Part shown: one piece after another, positions 52,429 through 64,000 of the stretch
Layout of the letters: each line of letters begins with the position of its first letter
Position numbering within the stretch: the first letter of the stretch is position 1
Assembly (NCBI RefSeq): GCF_036321535.1
Contig: NC_087452.1
Location: forward strand, 11,594,001-11,658,000
Reading direction: 5' to 3'
DNA: 64,000 nt
DNA from: Camelus dromedarius
Taxonomy: Eukaryota
Position numbers and translations under genes: made by a program
The notes under the pieces: generated by a model
Databases searched by the model: none
Seen by the model: only the letters and a program-made list of their open reading frames with translations
What the model was told of the DNA's origin: nothing

Positions 52429-55400
52429 CATCTCTATTCAAGACAAGATACTTAAGGAACTACTGCAATTATCATTACCCAGCAAAGGACATGGACCACT
52501 TAAAGGACTTTCAAATACCTCTAATCCATTTAAGTCTTAAAAAAAAAAAAAGAAAAAAAAAATAACTTGAACCTTAAAGAAGGTCGGAATTGTTACTGCT
52601 CTATTTTAAAAGAAACTAGTGGATATAAGATAGTTAGAGAGGCTTACTTAAAATCAAAGAGATGCTGGAGGAAGCCTGAAAATGAAACTTGAAAGTTTGA
52701 ATCCACACCTCCTTTCTCCATGCTATTTGGGCAATTTTCATTTGTCTCAAATCCTCACACTTACTCCTAAATTCAGATGGGAGAAACTATCCAACAGAAA
52801 TGGTCAGTAAGCTCAGCCCTGACACTGTATTTTTAGGACAGGATGAAGTCCCATTTTATTTGGCTGCAAGGTGGAGTAGGGAGCAGAACCCTGAAGGAAG
52901 GTCACAGCTGTCCTAGCCAGGCCATTCCCACAAGCCTGTTGTCTTGATCAGTCTGTCAAACCAAAACTGCTGGAGCGGCTCAAGCACAGTTCCAGCAGGG
53001 CAGGTGTCACGGACCCGTCTTCGTCCATTTCTCTTTTATCAGATTACCTTCCAGCAGCTGTTCTCTGCCCCAAGAGGAGCCCTAACACATTTTACATTCC
53101 CAGCCAAACTCCCCTGAGAAATACTCAAAATCCAGGTACCGTTTTGCCAGTGAACAAAATTGCTTCTGCAGGATTAAAATATTCAATCCTTGAGTTTCTG
53201 GTTCAAGTGTGCCTTTCAAGGCACTGTGGTGAACCAACAGCTACCCTTGTGTGGTGAAAGTTTTAACCTCTACAAAGTCCACAGCCTATCTGAAGAGCAA
53301 ACTATTACTAGCTCGAGAAGCAATTTGGAATCCCTGAAGGAAACATCAAACTAGGCGTACAGTTCATTCTGAATAAGAACAAAATAATTCTTTTTCTCGT
53401 TTGCTTTCCTCCCCTTGAATTACTCAAATTGTCTCCATCCCTCATCCCACTTGAGAAGACCAGCAAAAAACAAGATCAGAAACCTATTATTTTACAGGAA
53501 AAAAAAAAAAAGAAGAAGTTCTAAGTTGTGAAATAATTTACACATGCAAGCAGATCCAGGTGGAGGCTGGCTTTTGTTATCTTAACTTCTGGGGTGACAG
53601 TCCAAAACAGCCACTGTGCTACATTGCCCACAGATACCTGACCGGTTTCCCAGTGTCAGCAGGGAGCAGTTTATCGACCTGACTCAGACGAAACATGGTG
53701 CACTAAACAGGACAGCACACAAGGAGTCAGGAGACCTGATTTCTCCATCTGGTCCCACTACTAACAAGCTCTATGACCGTGGGAGGCCTTTTGGGAGCTA
53801 TCCCATATTCAAGTAATGAGCCACATGATCTCTGAGGTTCTCCATTTCTAATCTCAAGTTATGAGATCCGAATCGTGTAACTGACTCCCCAAAACCTACT
53901 AAGAAACAATTCTTGATTGTGATTTTGGCAAATCTGGAGAATAAACCTACATACAGGCTGATGAGAGTGGGAATAGCGAGGTCGATTTTCTCTCAATATT
54001 TGGCATATACTTTACAGTTAGAAAGAGAAGCAAAAATTAAAATGACTACTTATCATGTACCAAGTTCTATGCTAGTTTCTCCACACACTAACCCTTACCC
54101 TGTAAGAATCCCATAAGAATTCTCCTCAAAGAGGATCATTTTAAACCAGGGGAGGGAAAGAGGGGGGTGGCATAGATATTCAGTTAGAAACTGAACGTTG
54201 GAGCATAGTGTCTCTCCTGTTATGAACAGTATAATCCAAACTAATTCTGAGTATTCATTGGAACACTGGGAATAAAAGCCATCACAAAGTTCGTTTCTTT
54301 GCTTAGAGGCACAAAATTTAGTCACCAAATATTTCATTTTTAAAATGATAATAGGCATGATTCTTGCACCATCATTCTGATATAGTCATGTAGAAAATAT
54401 TAATTTTTATTAATAATCTGGAAACATTAAATTGTTACTACATCTACATTTTATAATTCTCCATTTGATTCATGGAACTAGCATTTAGAAGCTGAGCTCT
54501 GTTACTTACTTCCCTACTTATCTACAGAAACACAATCACACACCAAGTGACAAGGGAAGGTTCCATGGTAAACATGTGATTCCAAAACCTTGTAATATGG
54601 TTTAAGAAAAAAAAAAAGATAGTATGAACAATGGGGAAATTTTCAAAATAATACAGGAACAAGTTTCTGATTTTGTTACAGTAGAAATGTTTCAAATAAA
54701 ATAACATGGTGGTATTTATCAGGAAAGTTGTATAAAGAAGAGAGGTCTTGAAGGAGAAAAGGTGCTACTTTACTGAAGGCAGAAAACCTGGAAATCCTAA
54801 AAGGACTAACTTTCAACCTATAGAAAAGTTAGTTACATAAATCCTTCCTGGGAAAACCCAAACCCATCATTATTCTCAGTTTGTCTGCCCACATTAGATT
54901 ATATTACATGATGTACACAGTTACATTTCTCCTTGATATATTTCATAACTAATACAATCACTCACATCTATTGATTTTATTTGAAGAAAAATGGGGAGGT
55001 TACTCTTTACAAGTAGATTCCAACCACAGCCTGATTATGCGGTGAGCTGGAAATGACAGAAACCATTTGGTTTTTACTCTTCATTAAAAATAAATACATG
55101 TTTAAATAAGATTCATAGTTAGTGTACTGAGAATCTGTATACCAGGCCAAATCCATTATTACCCAAAACTAGAAATAACTGAAAGGATTTTTTGGAAAAG
55201 CGTCCTGATGTAATAGGTGAATGCAGTCATAAATTTATTGAACAGTTACTATATGCAAGGCAAAAACTAAGTATCATTGTGTATTCTCTCATTTGATTCT
55301 CTCAACAATCTAATGAGACAGGCAGTATTAACATGTTCATTTCCAAACAGGGAAAACAGGCTCAGGGAGTTTATGTAATGAAGCAGCATAGCTTATTTTC

Positions 55401-57566
55401 AAAAAACAACTCTATTCCACTCCAATCTGAAATCACGGATGGATCCTAAGATATTCATCATGAAAAAAAAAAAATCCACTACATGAGCACAGTCTTGAAA
55501 CTATGGTCACAGAAGTGACAATGCCTTAAACCTTACATGAGTTTAAAAAAAAAAAAAAAAGACTTAAAGAAGACACCAGACAGGGCGCAGCAAGAGAGCA
55601 AACTTAAAATGCTGATCCTGGCTTACATGGCCAATGACGAGAAATCTAGGGACTAACCCTAGAGACTAACCCAGGGCAAGAGCAATTCAGAGTAGAAAGG
55701 AATCCTAGAAAAACATACATACTGAGCAAGAACAGAAGGGTCTCCAACCAAAGGGATACCTTTTTATTCCCTACCTTCAATGGCCCTTTCTTAATAGAAC
55801 ATCTAAGTCAAGCCCTGCATATTACTTTTTTCCAAAATGTTGTTCTGTTCCTAAATTGTTACAGATTTCTAACTTACCATCTTTCATTGGTTTAAAATTT
55901 AACATTCATCTAACAAACCAACTTCTGAAAATGCCTGATTCTTACATTCTACAGATTCACTCAAAGTCCAAATATACAATCCAGATCTTCATGCAACAGA
56001 ATGGAAGGAGTCATACTGGGTTGGCAAAACAGAACGGAAAATGAGCCCATCATCTGTGATCTATGGTCATTTCCAAGAGTTTCAGGGAACTCTTGAGTTT
56101 TGGTAATACGCTGCCAACAGTGATGGACCAGGAACTGGATCTCAGAAATGCTTTGGTTATAAAGAGACTTTTAATACTGAACCAAAGCCCAGTCTCACAA
56201 TCCAATCTTACTAAACCTACCTGCAGTAAACCTACATCTGTACATTTTCCACCCTTAATGCCAGCTTACTGGATTCACCTCTCACAGAGAAAATAAAACC
56301 AAGAAAATATTAATTTTTTCAAACGATAGCTGTTGGCTAGGAGTGGAAATGGGTCTAAAATAGGTACCATATCCGTAGCACCATATTATCAATGAAATAA
56401 ATCCATCTAATTGTCTTTTGGATGCATGTTTGCTCCTAGTTTTGCATACACAAAACAATTTATTTAAAACAGAAAATGAATTATTTCACCCTAAAGGGGA
56501 AACGTCTTTTTTGTTTGTTTTAATGTGTCCTACAATTACGTGGCATAATCTCTTTCATTCAGAAAAACCCTTTGGAAATGTATGTTATTATTCAAGCATA
56601 CTTAAAATTACAGGAGATTTCCTAATTTTTGATACACTATTATTTATCTTTGAAGTACTGCATGTCACAACCTGGCCTCTCTGGCCTAACCAGGAAAATC
56701 ATCTCTATTCTTAACATTTTCACATCAGATAGGTTCAAGCAAAATGTTAACTTGTCATTATGTTATAACTGGCCGTACAGAAGAAATAGTGCAATCAAGG
56801 GGCTTTTATCTCCTAGGTCATTTTCACATTTAGCCATTTTTGTAGAATGAATTTTCTCTCTGTTTTCCTGCACCAAATTTAACCTCATAAAATTCTTTCT
56901 GAATACTGTAATCTGTTTTAATTTAAGTCAAATAGGACTAGCGTCACTGCAGTGTACTCAAAGTAATAAAGCTACTGAAATTCCTATTAATAATATGAAA
57001 GTTTGCAGAGATTTAGCAAAATAATTATTTCTAAAATAATCTCCTAGAAGGGCTAAGCTAGTGAAACATACGTAACACATTTATTTTAGCATAGCTAACC
57101 ACAACATACATTTCTACCTTACTAAAATTTATATTGATAAAAAACACCCATTCAAAATCATTGGCTAGACCAGAGCTTTGGTGTAATTTCCTTCTATAAA
57201 TTGTAATGTTGAGCAGTGTGGCATTTATAAGTTAAGACTGCTGTTGTCTGAATTAGATAGACTCATTGTGTGTATACGTAGAGAGCGTGCTTCTGAAATA
57301 TTCAGAAATTGCTTAAAAAAAACTGCACATAAAATGAGACTAATCTTATGTTCTCAAAAAAGAGCAGCCTTTAAGCTCATATATTTTCCACATAAGGTTT
57401 TAAAATGAAACAACATTACATATTAAAGAGAGAACCAAAGAAGTCTGGGAGGCTTCATCAAGTATTAAAGCTAAGTATCCCAGAAAAAAAACAAAAAGGA
57501 TCATACATTCTTAGTTCTTGCTTCTTTGAAGAGTTATAATTCGTATATGAAAAATAATGTACTTAC

Positions 57567-57827
57567 TAGGTCAGATGTCTGCTTTCAACAAATACTGAAC
57601 TTATCTTTAGCACAACTTCAATCCTTGGTGCATTATTTATTTCCTCCTTAGCAGCAGCAGAGATGCAAGACGTTCCAAAGCTCTACTTTCAGATGGTTTT
57701 CTTCAACCACAGTCTTTTACATGTCCTGTTACTTGCTTCAGCATCTATGAAACAACGCCATCCTTCACGATAATCAAAACCCTTGAAGCAATCCACATCT
57801 GCTTCCTTATACTGACTTTCAAAGCTA
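57567..57827 (-). other. Candidate non-coding (UTR or lncRNA) exon
   Basis: Minus-strand acceptor ttttttcttctttgcAAG/TAG (NAGNAG) and donor CTA|gtaagt; stops in all three frames; no repeat motif recognised inside. Confidence 0.25.
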
Positions 57828-58664
57828 CTTGCAAAGAAGAAAAAACTCTCTGCTTTGCTTTGTATTTTATTTTAGAAAGTTGCATGGGTTGAATATTCCA
57901 ACTCCCTTTAACATACCACAGAGCACTAAATGGCAGGAGTCACATTACTGCAGCTCCTTAGATTATAACTGATAAGGTGGGCCTTTCACATTTATACTGG
58001 GTTCTGAGGAGCTGATGCTGTACCGGTTTAATAATTAATAATTCATGGAGCCAAATTACAGCCTTAGAAGGAAACAGCCACTTTGACTAGTTCTTTCATA
58101 ATCCTCTGATTTATGTGTGACAGCAGAGAAGAGTTCTAGGAGAGGTTAAAAAAAAAAAAAGTCCCAGACATAACACTTGAGTTTTTAAAATTAGTACTGT
58201 CTTTGCACAAGCTGGGTTTGTTGTGGCATCATGGGAGTTCTACCTCTCTGAGCACAGCCAATTCAAAGAGACAAAAATATCATTTTCAATGAGCATCTGG
58301 CTAGTGAGGATGCCCCGGGAGAAGTAAGGGATGCAGGAGGTTGGGGGAGCAGGCAGTAAATTCAATTCGAGGGGCATTTTGGCCCAAAACAGGGGAAGAT
58401 TTCACCAGCCGTTCCTAAAAAGCGGCCTTTAACAGGATTTCTGAGAAAACATGTCAGGTTCAAATCTATCCTCTTTCTCATCATCCCTCATACCTGAAAA
58501 CAGAGCGTCTAGAGACACAGTCACCCTGCATGTCCTATGTGTGACTGTGTTTTCTGTGCTTACTCCCTCATGAATACATGGCCATGCACCATCATTCACA
58601 CAAAGCAGTTTCTTCAATGCCTGGGCTGCCCATAATCTCTAAGGCTTAATAATTAAAAAGGATA

Positions 58665-59400
58665 TTTTTATTAAGGAATAATTTACACACACTCAACTGT
58701 ACATATCTGGAGTTTAAAGTTCAATCCATCATCCTACCAAGATACAGGATATTTTCGTCACTCCAGAAGTTCTTTTTTCTCAGTCAACATCCTGCCCTCA
58801 AAGGAAGTGACTCCTTTCCTGAGAGATTATATTGCCTATTCTGGTGTTCTATACAAATGGAAACAATCAGGACACATTTCTTTGTGTCTGGCATCTTTCA
58901 TTCATTATGTTTTGAGATTCATTCATGTTACTGCTTTTCATTGCTGAATAGTTTTCCACTGCACGAACATGCCACCATTTGCTTGTATCTTCTTCTGTTG
59001 ATGGACACCTAGGCTGTTCCCAGTTTTATTTGAGATTATAAATACAGTTCCTATGAACATTCTAAGACAAGGCTCTTTGTAGACATGCTTTCAGTCCTCT
59101 TGGATTAATTTCCTTGCATATAAACATAATTGTTAGGTCACAGGGTATATTCATTTTAACTTTTTAACTTTTTATGGAACTGTCAGACTGTTCAAACAGT
59201 CCAAAAGAACTGCATCATTTCACATCCACACCTATAATGTATGAAAGTGCTAGCTGTTACCCACCAGCACCAATACATATTGCTGTCAGTCTCCTTCATT
59301 TTAGCCATTTAGTGGGTATAGAGTGGTATATCATATAGTCTCAATTTTCATTTCTCCTATAGCTTAAGGTGTTGAATACTTTTTTCATATGCTTATTGGC
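58665..59400 (-). mobile_element. Old L1 (L1MC/L1ME-type) fragment
   Basis: TTCTTTGTGTCTGGCATCTTTCATTCATTATGTTTTGAGATTCATTCATGTT...GATGGACACCTAGGCTGTTCCCAG...TTTAGCCATTTAGTGGGTATAGAGTGGTATATCAT. Confidence 0.8.
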
Positions 59401-59694
59401 ATAAGGCTCAACCTTCACTCATTGTTAATGAAGCAGGTTTTGAGTTAGTGGTAGGTCAAAAAGAGATCTTCCACATAGGCCCAAGCCACAATGGTTTCTG
59501 AAACAATACATCTAATGAAACACTATGTTTCCATTCAGCCAGGCCATCCCCGCCCCCACGATCAGGAATGGCTCATGCTAACATGGAAACCCTAAGACCT
59601 ATTTCCCATTCTGTACTACTTCTTTTATTCTGGTTTGATGATGCTACGCCTTTTGGTGATGTTTCATTCTCAACATTTAAAAATAATTTCCTTT

Positions 59695-60335
59695 ACTTCT
59701 TTCTCTTGCGGTCCCAGGCGATTTGGGATCTCCCAGCTCCGGTGCAGGCATGGCCAAGTCGAAGAACCACACCACACACAACCAGTCCCGAAAATGGCAC
59801 AGAAATGGCATCAAAAAACCCCAATTACAACGATACGAATATCTTAAGGGGGTAGACCCCAAGTTCCTGAGGAACATGCGCTTTGCCAAGAAGCACAACA
59901 AGAAGGGCCTGAAGAAGATGCAGGCCAACAACGCCAAGGCCATGAGTGCAAGTGCTGAGGCTATCAAGGCTCTCATAAAGCCCAAGGAGATCAAGCCCAA
60001 GATTCCAAAGGGCAACAGCTGCAAGCTCAGTCGACTTGCCTACATTGCTCACCCCAAGCTCGGGAAACATGCTCATGCCCGCATCGCCAAGGGTCTCAGG
60101 CTCTGTCGGCCAGAGGCTAAGGACAAGGCTCAGACCAAGGCCGCAGCTGCAGCTCAGGCTCAGGTTCAGGCTCCCGAAGGCACCCAGGCCCCCAGAAAGG
60201 CTCCAGAGTAGAAGCTTTCATCTACTGATGTGAGGATATAAGGACTAGTGTGACCCCTGGGCTGCTGTCTGCATGGGGCTCATGTCTACCTGTGCTGTTT
60301 AGACAAATAAACCTGAGGCAGGATCAAAAAAAAAA
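59695..60335 (+). pseudogene. RPL29: Processed (retrotransposed) copy of 60S ribosomal protein L29 mRNA
   Basis: Intronless; pyrimidine 5'TOP-like start CTTCTTTCTCTTGCGG; AATAAA at 60306-60311; A10 at 60326-60335; TSD AAAAATAATTTCCTTT (59679-59694) vs AAAAAAAATTTCCTTT (60328-60343). Confidence 0.93.
59750..60211 (+). CDS. RPL29: Uninterrupted 153-aa RPL29 (eL29)-like ORF of the retrocopy; expression unknown
   Basis: [24 protein letters not shown]...[32 protein letters not shown]...[11 protein letters not shown] is the eL29 signature. True ATG is at 59750; the track's 59723 start is a TTG in the 5' UTR. Confidence 0.6.
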   Translation: MAKSKNHTTHNQSRKWHRNGIKKPQLQRYEYLKGVDPKFLRNMRFAKKHNKKGLKKMQANNAKAMSASAEAIKALIKPKEIKPKIPKGNSCKLSRLAYIAHPKLGKHAHARIAKGLRLCRPEAKDKAQTKAAAAAQAQVQAPEGTQAPRKAPE

Positions 60336-61092
60336 TTTCCTTTGTAGATTAAATGACACTCTTGTTGAAAACTTTCATACCTAAAACTTTAGCTTCTACT
60401 AAAGGAGGTTGGACTAGGATAGACTGGTATTTAAGACATCCATAGGTAACCCTGGCCAAAACGTGTCTCTTGATTCTTGCTTTACTTATTTGTAAAGTAA
60501 GAGAAATAGCTTTATTTTAGGGTTGTTTTGAGGATTAAAACTGACAATTGGTATGTGACTTATCTAGACTCATTCAGAGCAGCGATGGGAAGGAGATGGT
60601 AACAGTTTGACTCCTATACCCAATCTAAAGGTGATCTTTATTCGCACTAATAACTATTTCCTTTCAGTGAGCTAGTGGATTAATGGTGATTCTTTTCTAT
60701 ATTTCATTTGATCTCTTCAGGTATATAATTTATCATCTGCAAGCTTCAACGATGATAATGGTAACACTTAATTATTTATAGTTTATGTTTACACAAAGAT
60801 CATAGAAAAAGAAGGTAATGTGATTTGAAATGTTCAATATTATTGTACTTTATATAGTCTCAGTAATCAGACCCATATAAGTAAGTGTTTTGATTATTTT
60901 ATTAAGTACGTATTTGCTAACAGAGTAAATAAACTATTTTCCTCTACCTATGTAAGTACAGTAAAATAAAAAGGAATATAATCCATATAATTCTATGAAA
61001 AAACTGTTCCAAGAGGACTGTCTGTTTAGTATTTTCTATACACTAATGGCAGGAGGAAAGAGACCCTCAAGAGTTTGTGGAAAGATAACATA

Positions 61093-61534
61093 TGTTATAG
61101 GTTGAAGTGTGCCCCTCTACCAACCAANNNNNNNNNNNNNNNNNNNNNNNNNNNNNNNNNNNNNNNNNNNNNNNNNNNNNNNNNNNNNNNNNNNNNNNNN
61201 NNNNNNNNNNNNNNNNNNNNNNNNNNNNNNNNNNNNNNNNNNNNNNNNNNNNNNNNNNNNNNNNNNNNNNNNNNNNNNNNNNNNNNNGTGAAAAAAGTCA
61301 ATGTGAAAATGAAGGCAGGAATCTGCAAGTCAAGAATTCCGATGACGACAAGCCAACCACCAGAAGGCAGAATAATGGTATGGAAGAGGTTCCCTCATAG
61401 CTCTCAGAAGCAGCCAACCCTGCCAACACCTTGATCTAGTCTTTCTAGACTTGAGAAGCGTGAGTCTATAAATTTCCCTGTTTTAAGCCACCCAGTTTGT
61501 AGTACTTTGTTACAGCAGCCCTGGTAAACTAACA
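61093..61534 (+). mobile_element. MLT1B-like (MaLR) solo LTR spanning an assembly gap
   Basis: TGTTATAGGTTGAAGTGTGCCCC start; CAGCCAACCCTGCCAACACCTTGATCT...TTTTAAGCCACCCAGTTTGTAGTACTTTGTTACAGCAGCCCTGGTAAACTAACA end. Confidence 0.85.
61128..61287. other. Assembly gap (160 N)
   Basis: Run of N. Confidence 1.
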
Positions 61535-62479
61535 AATGGGTAAGTCAAGATTTCCAGAAAGAAAGGCTACAGAGAGTCAAGCTCATGAAGACTGTGCATG
61601 TATTTATAATCTGATGATAACAGGCATAGTAAGTTGTAAAGCAACACAAGATACTTAATGACTAGGACTTGAAGAACATGAAGGTACATAGTTTCCAAAC
61701 GAGGTACTGGAAGTGATAAAGGGAGAAAGAGAAGGAGCTAAGTCTCTATCAAATCATCACATCTCTACCAGGATGGAGCTGATTAAGGACTTTGTGAAGA
61801 GGCATCCTCACATGGGAACAAAGTGACAACTATTTTCACTTCCTTGATACTAACTTGGCCCTTGACAGTGTAACCAAATGGATGTGGGAAGGCTGAGAAA
61901 CAGTCTGGTAGAATTCAATTTAGCATCCTGACCTGGGGTCATGGAGCAACATTTTTCTTGGCTGGGCATAACTAGCAGGGTGCAATTTGGAGGAGATTCA
62001 GTTCTATTCTGAACTCCATAAGAATTGCCACAATGGCTCTAACATCTTGATTGAATCAAGATGAATAAAAATTCAATCCAACTACTTAATGCTGTTGTCC
62101 ATACTTGACCCACTGGACCAGCAGACTGAGAACACCTACATAAGGGGTTTTACTTCACTTTTCCTGAAGTGGTGAGTCATCCCAGTTCTTACAATGAGCC
62201 CTCATGAGTCACAAGCTCAATAAAAAAGCTAATTACCGAAGTTTTTACGATCAGAAGTTATATTTGATACTCAACTATCAGTTTATGAGAGAAGCAGTTC
62301 CAAGCTCAAAATCCTTACTGGGATCATGTAGCTGATCAACACATATAATGTTCTGCAGCCAGTTATCTGTATCTGTGAAGGCATCACATGTAAACATCCT
62401 TTATGCTCCATCCTTCATTCACGCATGATAATATCCAACAAAGTAAGGATCAATTTTCTCTGACATATATGTTTTTGGA

Positions 62480-62720
62480 GGAGCCATGCTGGTAGAGTTT
62501 TGAGGTGTGGAACAGGAACTGAAGTTAGAAAGCTGAGTTTGTACTTGGTTTTGCTTCCCTCTTGCTCTGTGACTTTGGCTAGTTATTTTTCTGTGTTCAT
62601 CATATAACACATGGTGTTTCCATTTTTCTTAGGGTTTGTCAAAGCTTCATCTGTTGAATTTGATAATGACTCTTGGCCATGTAGGGCTGAGATAATACAA
62701 TTGTAAAAATGGTCATAAAA
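62480..62720 (+). mobile_element. MIR SINE
   Basis: CTCTGTGACTTTGGCTAGTTATTTTTCTGTGTTCATCATATAACACATGG. Confidence 0.45.
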
Positions 62721-64000
62721 GGGACTAGCATGGATTTAATCAGGAAACAAGGAGTCAAACAAGCATTTTTTAAAATAAGCACACACTAAATGACTCTAAC
62801 ACACTCTTATTATGTACTACTCTGTTTCACTTTTCTGCTTCAGTAATTTTGGATTGCATGCTGGTTATTATATTTGAAGATATGGAATGTATCCAGCCCC
62901 ATCAACAAAGGTACTTTTGGGATACTAGCCATTTTATCATGTTAGCATGATGCCCACAGGTAGTATGGCAGGGAAGGTTAATACTGAGGCCATTACAAAC
63001 TAAACCTGGCCCCTGTATTATAGTCCAGCCATTCAGACCCTGCAAGGAACACCTGATATTAGAATTTTAAGCCAGATAATAACCATTATGAATTCTGCTT
63101 TGCAACTTTTATTTTATAACCTAAAAAATGCACTTAAAGAACACTGTATCTTCTGGAAGAAGGAAATGCCTTTTCAGAGTTTATGTTATTTAAAAGGCAT
63201 TCAAATGAAAGCTTAGGTTTAGCAACTCTCTGAGCAAAATTCCCCAGTGCAAGGAATATATAAAACATAAATTTAGAAATTAATGAGGCTTGATAAAGTC
63301 TCAGTTCTATGTCTAGAATTATGTTTTTGTAAAACTATTCTCATTCTACAAATATTAATCTGCATCAAAAAAGTTAGGTGGAAATAAAATTTATGAATCC
63401 ATTTAGGTTACTCCTAAATCACTAACTGCATGGAGAATATTTAATTCACATGTTTCTCTCAGAGTATGACCCATAAGGTCTTTAGCTGACCTACAATAAA
63501 TTCAGTAAAATAAATAAAAATCTTAGGTTTTCACATCAGTTAAGTTTATAAACAAGTAGAACATGTGTTTCCTTAAGTATACTTAAGGTTTTTAATTAGG
63601 GCATATCAGTATTTGAAATTGCTTTCTAATGATTATTTTGTTCTCTAATGAGATAGAAACTTTGGCTAGATGCATTTTTCTTTTAAGTTTGATAATTTCA
63701 GACTTAAAGATGGTTTTAATATTAGTATAAAGAATTACTGTGTGTTCAAATTCCTCAAGATTGGTCAAAATTTAGAATTTTACTACATTTTATCTATCAT
63801 TTCTATTCTCTTTCTCTCTGTCACACTACAAATACATTCACACATTTTTTTCTTGGATCCACTGACAGCAAGTTGCAGACATAACAATTACTTAACTCCA
63901 AATAATTTATTATACATTTCTTAAAAGGAAGGACATTCTCTTACATAATCACAATAAAACTATCAAAATCTGGAAATTAACAATTATATAGTACTATTAC

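Noticed and set aside
53043-53135. Overlapping exon-like segments on both strands (66 nt minus 53048-53113; 93 nt plus 53043-53135), each with an open frame
   Set aside because: Equally plausible calls on opposite strands show that motif-only prediction is ambiguous; donors are only moderate and peptides unrecognised.
55646-55671. 13-bp tandem duplication containing ACTAAC twice (QKI/branch-point-like)
   Set aside because: Too short, on the opposite strand to the exon candidates, no nearby acceptor.
59677-60233. Antisense and off-frame ORFs (115, 83, 65 aa) over RPL29
   Set aside because: Shadow ORFs of the RPL29 coding sequence.
62043-62063. Perfect 10-bp-arm palindrome CATCTTGATT-G-AATCAAGATG
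   Set aside because: About one such palindrome is plausible by chance in 64 kb of AT-rich DNA; no supporting context.
62389-62401. TGTAAACATCCTT, identical to the first 13 nt of miR-30e
   Set aside because: The rest of the mature sequence and a precursor hairpin are absent; a target site would matter only in a mature transcript.
1-64000. CRISPR arrays, rRNA, intact tRNA/snRNA genes, NUMTs, operon-like systems, CpG island
   Set aside because: None seen. The sequence is mammalian and repeat-rich, and the remaining 60-150 aa ORFs look like chance or repeat-derived frames.

Overview
AT-rich, CpG-poor eutherian DNA with no CpG island and three short N gaps. The L1 3' ends and the lack of any recognisable Alu, B1, Bov-A/BovB, PRE or CAN SINE suggest a cetartiodactyl, probably a camelid (inference). 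Most of the window is intronic or intergenic sequence with old repeats (MIR, L2, L1M, MLT1/MLT2/ERVL LTRs, MER20, MER5A, Tigger2-type) and a few younger L1 3' fragments. The only confidently recognised gene-like feature is a full-length processed RPL29 retrocopy (59695-60335, +) with 5'TOP, an intact 153-aa ORF, AATAAA, a short poly(A) and a target-site duplication. Several minus-strand splice-signal pairs delimit small frame-preserving candidate cassette exons (24, 60/84 and 51 nt) and one non-coding candidate exon. These hint that the window lies in a large intron of an unidentified minus-strand gene, but I could not recognise the peptides and this is speculative. I found no evidence for a novel multi-gene system. 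Repeat family names come from remembered consensus motifs and their boundaries are approximate.
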